Below the pieces are notes generated by a model. It was given only the letters and a program-made list of their open reading frames with translations, ran no database searches and was not told the origin of the DNA. DNA of 64,000 bases from Octopus sinensis (taxonomy: Eukaryota), in assembly GCF_006345805.1 (NCBI RefSeq), contig NC_043008.1:38626001-38690000 (forward strand). Reading direction: 5' to 3'. This document shows positions 26,531-42,130 of this stretch, piece by piece. Both the position numbers and the translations under genes were made by a program. Positions within the stretch are counted from its first letter, which is position 1. Each line of letters starts with the position of its first letter.

Positions 26531-27328
26531 TATATACACATGCAAAAGCAAGGTAGAACTAAGGAAAAAACTGCAACAGGCCAACTAACTAGAGGACAAG
26601 AGATAGTCCCTTGTTCTTTGTTTTACCATTGTTTTTGTTGCTGTTATCATCTTTCGTTCACTCCCCACCCCTACTCTCACTCTGCTTATTGTTTCATTTC
26701 TAGTAGATATTGAATTAGCGTGTAATATCTAACTATGAGGAACTCTTATGCAACAATCAGATATTTATATTTATCAGCTGTAACAGATCACAGACACTGC
26801 AATCCTACTGGAGGCAATTTCGTGTTGATATTGAATTTAAAAGTGAAAGAAAACTTCTTTATAGTTGGAACGATGACTATGCGTTCTAACTATACGGTCG
26901 ATGGAAATTTTCTGCTTCAGTTTTTCTACGTATTAGAGGAACTAGCTATAACGTATGCTGTGTCTTCAAAAGGTTTATGTCAGCACCTTAGGAACTAAAC
27001 CTTGGTCTTTACATTAAGTTAGGAAACAGAATTTCTTTTTTTTCAGTTTTCCAATTTCTTTATTAATTTTGTTTTTCAGTTTTATTTCCATTGTTATTTC
27101 TGGTGTCATTCCTTATTTTACGTTTTTGTTTTTCATTCCAAAGTGAAAGTTATTCTATGGCATCACTTATACCGTATCAAAAATGTTCAAGAAACAATTT
27201 TTTTTTCTTTTTGGTGGGAAAGAAGGTCATTAAAAAATACAAAGGATTCACTTTAAACTACTTTCTTTCTTCTTGTATTGCAGGAGGGATATCCACTGTA
27301 TTATAGAAGTGCTGCTTTCCTGACATAC

Positions 27329-27373
27329 TTGCAGCCGCTGTATCAGGAAACACGTTTTCCCTTTGACTTTCAT
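27329..27373 (-). CDS. Candidate upstream exon (MKVKGKTCFLIQRLQ, phase-0 donor)
   Basis: ATG at 27373, open frame to CAA|GTATGT at 27329/27328; lies in a repeat-free CpG-containing block. Confidence 0.15.
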
Positions 27374-28003
27374 GTTCTTGACTTCTATGTAGCATAGACA
27401 TCAAATGAAGGATTCGTTTCACATTACGGAATTCTATGTTACAGCAAAATTATTCAGGAACACAATGCTTTCTTAATACAGGAAACATCTGAAACCCTGG
27501 AACTTGTTCCAATTTTCAAAATAATTAGCAATTGACAAGGAATTTTCCCTCTCTGAACAGAAATTCCATTTTATTGCTTATTTAACTCATGGGAGATGTT
27601 TTACTTCAATGTTGCACACTTACAATACATTTACAAATTTATACAGTGCATAAATACAAGATACAGCTTGAAATTGATTTCAATGCATCATTGTCCTAGT
27701 TACTCCATTAACAGAATTATAGAGTAATTGAGTAACAGCACTGCCTTGACTGGCTTCTGTGCTGGTGGCACATGACCTGCTGTGCTTGAGGAGACCTATT
27801 GAGTCAACTACATCAACATCAAAATAAATATAAAATGGAAATTGTAGTTGTGATATCTGTGCCAGTGGCACGTAAAAAGCACCATCCAAATGTGGCCGAT
27901 ACCAGTGCCACCTTGACTGGCTTCTGTGCTGGTGGCACGTAAAAAGCACCAACTGATCATGTCTATTATTGTTTGAATTGCATAATAGTGGTTTTTCTCT
28001 AAT

Positions 28004-30500
<2,497 letters not shown>

Positions 30501-32249
30501 GCACACACATCAACAAACATAATAGACAGATGCTTATATTTTCTTAAAATGCTGCCACATCCATATTACTCAAACAAAAAGAGAATTAAAAAGCTAAATC
30601 TACCCACAGTTGACAAAGCTACAATATACTCTAAAGAATAGTCCTATCCAATGAATATTTATTTCATTTTATTTTAGCATAATGTTCTTGTCAATATCTT
30701 TTCTTGTAATTTATTATTTTTTTTTTAATTTTTATTCATCCATTTGTCTCCGAAAAAAACCAAACAATTTCATGTTTTTTGTAGTTTATATTGTTTTATT
30801 ATATATTTTACATTTGTTCTTCATTTTGTTATGTTCTTTTTTTTTCACCACATAACTGATTATTTTTATATTTTTGCTATAAATATTTTATTTATATTTT
30901 ATTACGTTATATGTTGTTTTTTGTTTTATTTTTCTTTATTTGTGTCACTTTTGTTTTATTCATTTAGTTATTTATGTTTCGTTTTTGTTTTTTCATTTGA
31001 CAGTCCATTTGGTCTACCTTAGTAATATGCTAATATATTTTCAGTTTTTTTTATTTGGTTTTATTTTGTTCTTTGTATCATTTTCAGTGTAAATGTATTG
31101 ACTGCAAGAAGTCTACTTATTCTACACAAGCTTTTTTTTTTTGCTTTTTTGTTTTAGTACATTAGTAAACAAATACAAGGCAAAATAAATAAATAAAACT
31201 AAAAAGAACAAAAATAAAAGAAGATAAAAAATAAATCCATCTAGAGAAAATAATACGATTAAAAGCATCGTTCTCTGTTTTTGCTTGAAATGCGTGAGTG
31301 AAAGATCATTTGTTGTTTCTGTGTTTGTGTGTTCGTCAGAGATTTTGTTAAATAACTGCAAAATTATCCATGACTCACTCACAGTGTTAAAGTAAAATCA
31401 TATTTTACAGAACCAGAATGCATATTTTCTGGCATTCATTCTGGCTCTATAGGTTCTGCATGCAAATTCTGCCAAGGTCAACTTTGCCTTTCAGAGTTAG
31501 GGGTCAATCAAAATAAGGTACCAGTGAAGTACTGGAGTTGATGGTATTGATTGCTCCTCCTCGCATAAAAATTGCTAGCCTTGTGCCTAAATCAGAAACC
31601 ATTGTTATGAATTGATAATGGTTTACACAAGTGCCATCTTTTGTGAGAAGGCGCTTGAAATTGTCATGCTCTTGTACTTTGCGATGTACCAGTGAAAGTA
31701 GTGAAAAATAAAGCAAACCACAGAAAAACCTTTTACATGCTATTCAATGCATCTTCTCAACCCATCAGAATAAAATCTCTACCATTGTAAAAAAGAAAAA
31801 CAAAAATGGGGAATACATCTATGAAGTCTCACTTCATAATAGATAAACGGGCATTTCCCGATATTTCATAGTTGCCCTCAACAACACATTAAATTGCATG
31901 TTGTGATGAGACTCCATTCCAAGAGTTTGGGAGTTTTTGGATGTAGAGTTACCCCTTAGTTACCCTTTAGCTACTCCTACTCCTCAGTTTGTTCTGACCC
32001 ATGGAAGTAGTAACCAGTCAAGAGCCCCAGTTATGAGTCAAATAGTAAAAGATGGTCCAATGACTAAGCATATAGGATGCAGAACAGAGATGACCCCTAA
32101 ATGTTTATCACACAGGCTCACCAGAATATGGACATTCCCTGATATCATTTGAATGAAACCCCTTGCTTTAGAGTAAAATAGGTTTTGATTCAAGTGTAAA
32201 ATCGATAAAACATGAAAGCTGCCACCTTGGGCAGGTGTCTTCTTATTTC

Positions 32250-32790
32250 TTTATTTACCACAAGGGGCTAAACATAGAGGGGACAAACAAGGACAGACAA
32301 AGGGATTAAGCCGATTACATCGACCCCAATGCATAACTGGTACTTAATTTATCGAACCTGAAAGGATGAAAAGCAAAGTTGACCTTGGTGAAATTTGAAG
32401 TCAGAACATAAAGACAGATGAAATACCACTAAGCATTTTGCCCAGCATGCTAACGTTTCTGCCAGCTACTATAGCCTCGGGTTGACCAAAGCCTTGTGAA
32501 TGTGGATTTGGTAGATGGAAATTGAAAAAAGCCCATTGTGTATGTATATATATACATATATATATATGTGTATGTATGTATGCATTTATGTATGTGTTTA
32601 TGTGTCTGTGTTTGTCCCCCCCACCATCAGTTGACAACCGAAGTTGGTGTGCTTACATACATCCCTGTAACTTAATGGTTCAGCAAAAGAGACTGATAGT
32701 ATAAGTACTAGGCTTACAAAGAATAAGTTCCAGGGTCAATTTGTTTAACTAAAGGCGGTGCTCCAGCATGGCTACAGTCAAATGACCGAA
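32250..32790. mobile_element. Family A SINE (-, 32250-32467) abutting the 3' part of a family B SINE (+, 32468-32790)
   Basis: Diagnostic family motifs as above. Confidence 0.8.
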
Positions 32791-33499
32791 GCAAAAAAAA
32801 AAGAAAAGAAAATTCCAGTAGAAAGCATCAGGGAACCATTGCTGAATGCTGTATCTTTCTGCCCCTCGACCAGATCATGTATCTTCAGATTTGGGGTTGG
32901 AGATCCATGATCATAGGCATGGCACACAAAGAGAAGAACAATAAAAACACGATGCTGATTGCTAGACATGATCAGTTATTGCTTGATTTGATTATCAACA
33001 TTTTATCTTTTTCAGTGAGATGTTACAGGTGACAGTAATTTGACGATTGACATTTTAGTCTAAGACCTCCATTAGTGACAACTGATCATGTATCTGCACC
33101 AGTATGTACAGACATGGAAAAGTTTTTTGTTTTTGGGGGGAGGTGGGCAGTGGAATATGGGCAGTTGTCTATACCTGCAAGTCTCACCCCTTCATATTAG
33201 CAATGCTGTCAAAGGAAAGGAATGCCACCTTAAACTTGGTTCAGTGTTGTCAAATACATTCCTCTTAGAGTCCAAAGTAGAAGAATTAGATACCTCAAGG
33301 CATTCCAGTTATGCTTCCTTGAATTAGTACTTTTTTTATTGACTTCAGCAAGATTTGATCTCAGAACACAGAGAGTGAACACCTAAGGAAAACTGGAAAC
33401 TTAGTTACTTGATCAACACAATGTAGCAATCATGTTTCTCCTAAAAAAGTCCCTACCATTTATATAATTCATAGGTTCTCAATGAGAGGACAGCAGAGA

Positions 33500-33709
33500 G
33501 GAAGCTGGCAGAATCATTATCATATCAAACAAAATGCTTAGTAGCCTTTCAGCCATTCTGAGTTAAAAGTTCTGTTGAGCTTGACTTTGCCTTTCATCCT
33601 TTTGGGGTTGATCAAATAAGTTCCAGTTAATTACTAGGGTTGATGTAATTGACTATACCCCTCACCCGAAATTGCTGGCCTTGTGATAGAATTTGAAACC
33701 AATATTATC
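33500..33709 (+). mobile_element. Family A SINE with AAATTGCTGGCCTTGTG..AATTTGAAACCAAT-type tail
   Basis: AGCTGGCAGAATC..TTGACTTTGCCTTTCATCCTTTTGGGGTTGATC core. Confidence 0.8.
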
Positions 33710-34245
33710 AGATTCAGAACCCAAAGCTCATGTGAGACCCAAAGTGTAATATTACTCTCACACCAGGAACAGACCCCTTAGACCACATCCAGAATTTCTG
33801 CCTAAATTTGAAACCAATATTATCAGATTCAGAACCTAAAGCTCAAGGGAGACCCACAATGGAATATTTCTCTCACACCAGAAATAGGCCCCTTAGGCCA
33901 CATCCAGAATTTCTGCCTAAATTTGAAACCAATATTTTCAGATTCAGAACCTAAAGCTCAAGGGAGACCCACAATGGAATATTTCTCTCACACCAGAAAT
34001 AGGCCCCTTAGACCACACCCAGAATTACTACCCAAATTTGAAACCAATATTATCAGATTCAGAACTCAAAGCTCATGGGAGGCCCACAATGGAATATTTC
34101 TCTCACACCATGAACAGATCCCTTAGACCACATCCAGAATTTCTGCCTGAATTTGAAATCAATATTATCAGATTCAGAACCCAAAGCTCATGTGAGACCC
34201 ACAATAGAATATTTCTCTCACACCAGAAACAGACCCCTTAGACCA
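33690..34245 (+). repeat. 115-bp tandem repeat, ~4.8 copies
   Basis: ATTTGAAA(C/T)CAATATT(A/T)TCAG-type starts at 33691, 33806, 33921, 34036, 34151 (exact 115-bp spacing). Confidence 0.95.
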
Positions 34246-34779
34246 TGTCCAAACTGCTTGGATGATTTGTTGACAGGGAGATGATACCAAACTTCACCTC
34301 AGCAGTTTTTCTTGTAGTGTGCAGAGTGTTAAAAGCCACAGACATACACATATATACATAATATGTATCCACGAACATATACAAGGAGTTTCATATAGTT
34401 TCAGTATAATATATTCATTCTCAAATCATTGGTTGGCCTCAGGCTAACAATACAAAACACTTGCCCATGATGATATGACATAAAACTGAACCAGAAACTG
34501 CATCGTTCAGAAGTGAACTTCTTAAGCAAACAACCATGCCATTTACCAATAATTAGTTAAAGTCCCAATGCACATATTATATATAAAACACGCAATCAAT
34601 GCTGAAAGCTCACATGCAATATATAATGCTTCTGTGGCTACACAGAATGCCTTTAGTATTGTAGATCAAACGTAGATTATGGAGAATATATCTGTGATCA
34701 AAGATGAAATAATACAGTGAAGTTTCAACAAAAAGGAACGGATGGCATTGTATGAATAACAAAACCAACACAATAAACA

Positions 34780-35285
34780 CAGACATTCATACTTACATAT
34801 ACACAGGCAGACATATATAAATACATAGAAGAATATTTACAGACATACATACATGCACACATTTATATATACATAGATACATACTTATATGCATACAAGT
34901 ATACATGAATACATGTATACATGCATAAATACATACATACATACATTCATACATACGTGCATACATTCATATATGCATACATGCATACATGCATGCATGA
35001 ATACATACATACATGCATGCATACATGCATACATATATGCATTCATACATGCATTCATGCATGCATACATGCATACATAATACTTGCATGCATGTATACA
35101 TATTTGCATGCATGTATACATGCATGCATACAAGCATACTTGCATACATGAATACATAATATTTGCATGCATACATGCATACATACATACATGAATACAT
35201 ACATACTTGCATACATACATACATACATACATGCATACATACATGAATACATTCATACATGCATACATACTTGCATACATGCATA
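34780..35285. repeat. (CATA)n/(CATG)n degenerate satellite
   Basis: Direct reading. Confidence 0.95.
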
Positions 35286-35912
35286 CAACTGCTGTCTCTT
35301 GGATGGCATTGCCTTCTGTTTACTATTCCATGTTGCTTTGACTATTTGTAGATATGTCAGAATGCTGAGTACCCCTACCATGTCAGTCCAACCCATGCCA
35401 GCATGGAACCTGGATGTTCCATGACAGTGATGAGGATGATGAAGATGATGATAATGATGATAACAATGATGATAATGGCAACAGTGATGATGAAGCCGAT
35501 AAACATATGTACGTGTGTGTGAGTGTGTGTGTGTGTGTGTATATGTGTGAGGGGTAGTGTGTATCTGTTTGTCAGTGTGTTTGTGTATGTGTGTTTTTGA
35601 TTCTTGTTGTTTTGACATTCTGCCCTAATTATGAAAACAATTGCCACTGTCATACAAGTGGTGCCATTCATTTGCAATCTTCCATGGAAGACCTATCCAG
35701 CCATTCTAGTGATAGTCTTTGAATGACAAGGGGAAATATAACTTTGCTTGCAAACAGAGAGAGCTAGCAACCAGAAAAGTGTTGGGCCATAAAAAAAATC
35801 TTCCCTCAATAAATTTTGTTTCACACATGATGCAAACATAGAAAAGTGGACATGGAAACAATAATGATGATTACAAAGATGCTGATAATGGTATTCAATA
35901 TGAATGTTCCCA

Positions 35913-36750
35913 TTAAGATGGTGAGCTGGCAGAAATGTCGGTATGCGAGGTGAAATGCTTAGCAGTATTTCACCTGTCTTTACATTCTGAGTTTAAATTC
36001 CACTGAGGTCGACTTTGCCTTTCATCCTTTCAGGGTTGATAAATTAAGTACCAGTTACGTATTGGGGTCGATCTAATCGACTGGCCCCACCTTCCCAAAA
36101 ATTTCAGGCCTTGTGCCCAGAGTAGAAAAGAGTATTTCACCTGTCTTTATATTCTGAGTTTAAATTCTGCCAAGATCAACTTTGCCCTTCATCCTTTCAG
36201 TGTCGATAAATTAAGTACCAGTTGTGTACTGGGGTCGATCTAATCAGCTGGTCCTCTCCCCCAAAATTTCGGGCTTTGTGCGTAGAGTAGAAAAGAATAT
36301 ATAATAATCTTAAGGCAAGAAGCTGGCAAGAACATTAACATGCTGGGCGAAATGCTTAGCGGTGTTTCATCTGTCTTTACAATCTGAGTTCAAATTCCAC
36401 TGAGATCGACTTTGCCTTTCATCCTTTCGGGTTCAATAAATTAAGTACCAGTTGTGTACTGGGGTTGATCTAATCGACTGGCCCCTTCCCCCAAAATTTC
36501 AGGCCTTGTGCTTAGAGTAGAAAAGAATATCAGATGTTCTCATTAAGGCAGCGAGCTGGCAGGATTATTAGCATGCACAGCAGAATGCTTTGTGGCCTTT
36601 TGTTTGTTTTTACACTCTGAGTTCAAATTCTGCCAAGGTCAGCTATGTTTTTCAACCTTTCAGGGTCAATAAAATAAGTACCAGTTGAATACTGGGATCA
36701 ATGTAAACCACTTACAATTGCTGGTCTTATGACAAAATTTGAAGCCAAAA
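35913..36750 (+). mobile_element. Head-to-tail array of four family A SINE units
   Basis: Units ~35913-36130, 36131-36300 (5'-truncated), 36309-36530, 36543-36750; all in the same orientation. Confidence 0.85.
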
Positions 36751-38357
36751 TCTATGTTCTCAATTAAATTCTGCTGAGGTCAGTCTTTGTCACTCTATCT
36801 CCCAAGGGTCATTAATATGAGAGCCATTAATTAATGCGGCAATCAATTATGTTCTTGCTACAGAAAAAATATATTGTATTGGAGAAAAAAATAAAGAAAA
36901 AAAAAACAGTTACTATTTATGTTTAGATTTAAATATATAAAAATAAAAAACGGTATTACTGAATTGTAATAATATTTTTTGTTATATTCAAAACCTTTTA
37001 TATAGATGTATACAGTCAGCTGAAAGTGGAAATTTAAACATTTCATATAAATTGACATGTGCTTTTAGACAAAATGTATTTAAAATCTGATAGAAAATTG
37101 TGTTGCAAAATATTTATTGTACTTTGTAAAGGAGTTACTTGTTTTATTTCATTTAATTTTGTTTTTCTTTTCTCTCTTAATATTTTCGCATTGAAATATT
37201 TTTTTTCAATATTTACCATAAAATGATATTGAAAAATCATTTGTAAGTTTTTAATACTCATTATAAAGATGGACAGCTTATAAATAAATACAGTAAATAA
37301 TAATAGATGAGTTTCTATAAAGTATTCATTCAGCTAAGGGTGCAAATTTGTTTGTTTTTAAATAGTAATCATCTCATAAATTTTATAATTTACCTTTAAT
37401 TATCATCAGGGGGAAGGAAAACAAAAACAAAAAAATACTATACACAAATTTAAATTGATTTTATCATTATTACCACAAGTATTATTGATATGAATAGGAA
37501 CAAATTAGTGTAATTAACAGGTTTGCATCTCACTCACATCATTGTAGGTTCAGTCTTGCAGTTTGAGATGCCAGGAAATTGGGTCTTTTTTTACTATAGT
37601 CCAGGGCTTGGTTAATGGAAACTGTATGAAGCTCAGTGTGGTAAGAAGCTTTATTTCCAACCACATAGTTCTAGGTTTAGCACCACTGCATAGAATCTCA
37701 AGCAAGTACCTTCTACTATAGCCACAGGCTGACCAAAGTCTTGTGAGTTGATTTGATAGACAGAAAATGAAAGAAGTCTGTTATCTATATATATATATAT
37801 ATATATATATATAGATTGATAGATATAGATATAGATAGATAGAATTATACATATACATATATATCTTTGTTTGTGTGTCTGAACAGAGAGAAGTGGGGGG
37901 AGACTTAACACTTCCACTTCCCTGCAGCATGTTGTATCCTTGAGCAGGACACTTTATTTCACATTGCTCCAGTCCACTCAGCTGGCAAAAATGAGTAGTA
38001 CCTGTATTCCAAGGGGCCAGCCCTGTTACACCTTGTGTCACACTGAATCTCCCTGAGAAGAATGTGAAGGGGAACACATGTCTGTGGAGTGCTCAGCTAT
38101 TTGCATGTTAATCTCACAAGCAACCTGTCCCATTGATTAAATCAACTGGAACCCTCGTCATCATAAGCAATGGAGTGCCAGTTTTTATATGTATCCTTAA
38201 ATCCTTAAAAATGTTTTAGCCCAAAGGCTGCAGCCATGCTGGGGCACCACTGCTGGTATATATATATATATGTATGCATGTGTGTATGTATAGATGGAGG
38301 TGAGTGGATAAATGGAGGAAAGAAGCACCCAAAACATTAAATTGTGACCCCCTTAGG

Positions 38358-38825
38358 TCATGAATGACCATGGAATTGCACCTAGAAAGTTACCCTCCGA
38401 GGCACAGGTCTGGGCAAGGTTGTTTATGGAAGACCAGCAGTTGCCCATGCATACCAGCCTCCCTTCTCCACCAGTGTTATCCAAGGGAAAGGCAAAGGCC
38501 GATACAGCTTGGCACCAGTGACGTCGCAGCTCATTTATTAACGTGCAAGTGGTCAAGCATTTCACAGAGACGTGTACCCTTAACATAGTTCTTGGGGAGA
38601 TTCAGCGTGACACAGAGAGTGACAAGGCTGAAATAAGAAAGGAAGAGAGAGTGAGAGAAAGTTGTGGTGAAAGAGTACAGCAGGGTTCACCACCACCCCC
38701 TGCTGGAGCCTCGTGGAGCTTTAGTTGTTTTCGCTCAATAAACACTCACAATGCCTGGTATGGGAATCGAAATCGCGATCCTACATCCGCAAGTCCACTG
38801 CCCAAACCACTGGGCCATTGTGGGC
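38358..38825 (-). mobile_element. Family C SINE 3' part fused to a family E tRNA-derived SINE
   Basis: 38358-38590 is the reverse complement of the family C body. 38590-38825 has a tRNA-like head on the minus strand (GGCCCAGTGGTTTGGGC..GATTTCGATTCCC) and recurs at ~63300-63440. Confidence 0.75.
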
Positions 38826-39484
38826 CATTAAGTAGGAGTCATATTATTATTATTATTTAAAACAATTTGATTTGGTGAAGCGATCCTGACAGGCTGATAT
38901 CTTGCCATTGTGCATTCTCAGTTCTTGTTTAAGTGTAGTAAAATAGCACAACCAAAGTTAATGTGGGTTTACTTCCTCTAAGCATTTTCATTATTACAGC
39001 TACTTTTCCATACAAGCATGGATTGGACAGGACTTTTAAATGTGTGTGTGTGGAAGGGGTGCTTGTGTGTGTGTCCAACCCATGCCAGCATTGAAAAGTG
39101 CAGCAAAAGTATTGAGTAATCTTTCGGTTTAATGTTAGATTGTTTTTATTGACATCAAAACAAATATTTATGTGTGTGTATGTGTGTGTATGTATGTGTG
39201 TGTGCATGTGTGCGTGTGTCTGTAGTGTGTGTGTGTGTCTGTGATGTGTGTATGTCTGTGATGTGTGTATGTCTGTGGTGTGTGTGTGTGTCTTTGGTGT
39301 GTGTGTCTGTGGTGTGTATGTGTCTGTGGTGTGTGTGTGTGTCTGTGGTGTGTGTGCCTGGTATGTCTGTATAAAGTGAGAGACAGAGAGCAAGAGAGTG
39401 ACAGACAGATACAGACAGACAGACAGAAATAGACAGACAGACATAGACAGACAAACAGACAAATAGACAGATAGATAGATAGAT

Positions 39485-39533
<49 letters not shown>

Positions 39534-41049
39534 ACAGACAGATAGGTAGATAAATACATAGATAATGTGTGTATATGCATGTGTGTACCTTTACATATGT
39601 GTGTGTGCATGTGCGTGCATGCGTGTGTTTGAGTGTGTATGTGTGCGTGTGTGTGTGTGTGTATGTAAGGGGGCAATCTTCTATTAATGGCAAACAGCCA
39701 CAGTACGTACTTTCCAGCTTCGTCTCTGCTTTCTGGTGTCAAATCCCAACAGTGTTGGCTTCAATGTTTATCCCTCTGGTGTGGATAAAATTAATACCAA
39801 TGGTTTTCAATCAAGTGTATCTCCTTACCCCTTGCCAGTTAACATATGGCTAAATATATCATCAAAATAAATTGCTGTTATGAATGCTATAAGGACCAGT
39901 GTAGTTAGAACCAGCTGCTTTGCAGTATTTAGTTACCTTCCTCGCTGTCCAAAGCTCAGCCCCCACCCCACCCCCACCGCACCCAGATCAAACCGGCACC
40001 AAATTTAGAAACCAATAACAAGGAAATATTTTTTTTTTTTTTAAATTTCTCTTACTTTATACTTGTTTCAATTATTTGACTGTGGCCATGCTGGGGCAAC
40101 ACCTTGAAGAGTTTCAGGTGAACAATTCAACCCATGTAGTTAAGTTTTTTTTTTGTTTCTTTTTTATGTCTGGTACTTACTTTATTGGTCTCTTTTGCCA
40201 ACATGCTAAGTCTTAAGGATGTAAACACTGGTTGTCAAGTATTGAGGGCAGTGACAAACAAAGACACAAAGTTACTCATACAGGCTCTTCCTTCTGGCTG
40301 GGTCGCCATGTATCTCCTCTACAGTAGCACACCTATTTCTGCTCTCATTTTTGATCCCTCTCTCTCTCTTTTTCTCTTGTTTTTCCTCTGACTAGGTAAC
40401 CAAGTATCATCTATACATCAGCACACCTGTTTCTGACCCTTTCTGTACCTCTCTCTCTCTTCCTCTCCCCCTCTTTCTCTTCCTCTCTTTCTCTTCTCTC
40501 TGTCCTCTCTCTCTCTCTTCCCCCTCTCTCTTTCTCTCTCTCTCACTGGGTAACCATGTACCTCCTCTATAGCAAGATACCTGTTTCTGCCTCTCTAATT
40601 TCTCTGTCACACTTTAGCCGTTCATCATTTGACACTGGATCACCTCCTCCAGTGACCCCTTCCTTTATAGCAAGACACTTGTTTCTGCCAGTCTGTCTCT
40701 GTCACACTCTAGCTTTTCATCCTCTGACACGAGACCCCTCCTCAAATTCCCCTGCCCATCTCAAAATTCCTTGTCTTGTGAGTTACTTGGTAACCTAGCC
40801 AGTGCTGGTGCCACGTAAAAACCATCCAGTCCATATTGCAAAGTGGTTGGCATTTGGAAGGGCATCCAGCTATAAAAATCATGCCAAAAATTAACCTTGC
40901 CTGTGCTAGTACCATGGAAAAATCACTGAGTCCACTCTGTAGAGGGGTTGGTGTTAGGAAGGGCAAAAAACCCTGCCAAAACAGACACAATAGCCTGGTG
41001 TAGTTTTCTGCCTGGAAGATGGATATTAAATGATGATGAAAATATATAT

Positions 41050-41449
41050 ATATATATACTCTTTTACTCTTTTATTTGTTTCAGTCTTCCGACTGTGGAC
41101 ATGCTAGAGCACCACCTTTAGTTGAACAAATTGACCCCAGAACTTATTCTATGTAAGCCTAGTACTTATTTTATCGGCCACATTTGCTAAACTGCTAAGT
41201 TACAGGAATGTGAACACACCAGCATCGGTTGTCAAGAAATGGTGGAGAGACAAACACAGACACACGCACACACATTGTATATATATATATAGGCTTCTTT
41301 CAGTTTCTGTCTGCCAAATCCATTCACAAGGCTTTGGTTGGCCTGATGCTATAGTAGAAGACACTTGACCAAGGTGCTATGCAGTGACACTGAACCCAGA
41401 GCCATGTGGTTGGTAAGCAAGCTACTTACCACAGAGAGAGAGACACGTT

Positions 41450-41496
<47 letters not shown>

Positions 41497-42130
41497 ATAT
41501 ATGTGTGTGTGTGTGTGTGTGTCTTTATGTATGTATATGTATATACACATATGTATGTATATGTATATATATATATATATGTATGCCTGTTTATATATAC
41601 ATATATATGCACATGTATGTACAATGGGCTTCCTCACAGTTTCTGTCTATTAAATTCACTCACAAAGCACTAGTTATCCTGGGATCATAGTAGAAGCCAC
41701 TCGTCCAAGGTGCCACACAGGGGTAATGAACCTGAAACTATAGGGCTGCTAAGCAGGTTTCTTAACCACATAGCTACGTTGGTGTGATTACTTTTACTAG
41801 TTACCTGAGAAACATGATGTGAGGGAGAAGTATAAACAACGAATGTGTCTCAGTGTTCATGTTGTCAATCTTAGTGGCAAAATGGTAAATTGATGTAAGG
41901 CAGTGAGCTGGCAGAAACATTAGCACGCTGTGCAAAATGCTTAGCAGTATTTCGTCTGCTGTTACATTCTAATTTCAAATTCCACCGAGGTCAACTTTGC
42001 CTTTCATCCTTTTGGGTTCGATAAATTAAGTACTAGTTGCACACTGGGGTTAATGTAATCGACTTAATCCTTTTGTCTGTCCTTGTTTGTCCCCTCTATG
42101 TTTAAACCCTTATAGGCAATAAAGAAATAA
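41050..42130. mobile_element. SINE cluster: family B (-, 41050-41430), B 5' fragment (-, 41625-41775), family A (+, 41900-42130)
   Basis: Family motifs; TA/TG microsatellite at 41450-41620. Confidence 0.8.

Noticed and set aside
31325-31345. Other CTGANGA motifs (31334, 32882, 53430, 13567, 16142)
   Set aside because: No stem II closing onto GAAA, or no stem I/III.
33923-34241. Repetitive ORFs in the 115-bp array
   Set aside because: The unit length is not a multiple of 3, so the frames shift between units.
33690-34245. CRISPR-like array
   Set aside because: Whole units are conserved with no unique spacers, and the context is eukaryotic.
40370-40400. Plus-strand AG|GT junction after a pyrimidine tract (CTAG|GTAACC)
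   Set aside because: The tract is a CT microsatellite within degenerate repeat subunits, and the donor is weak.
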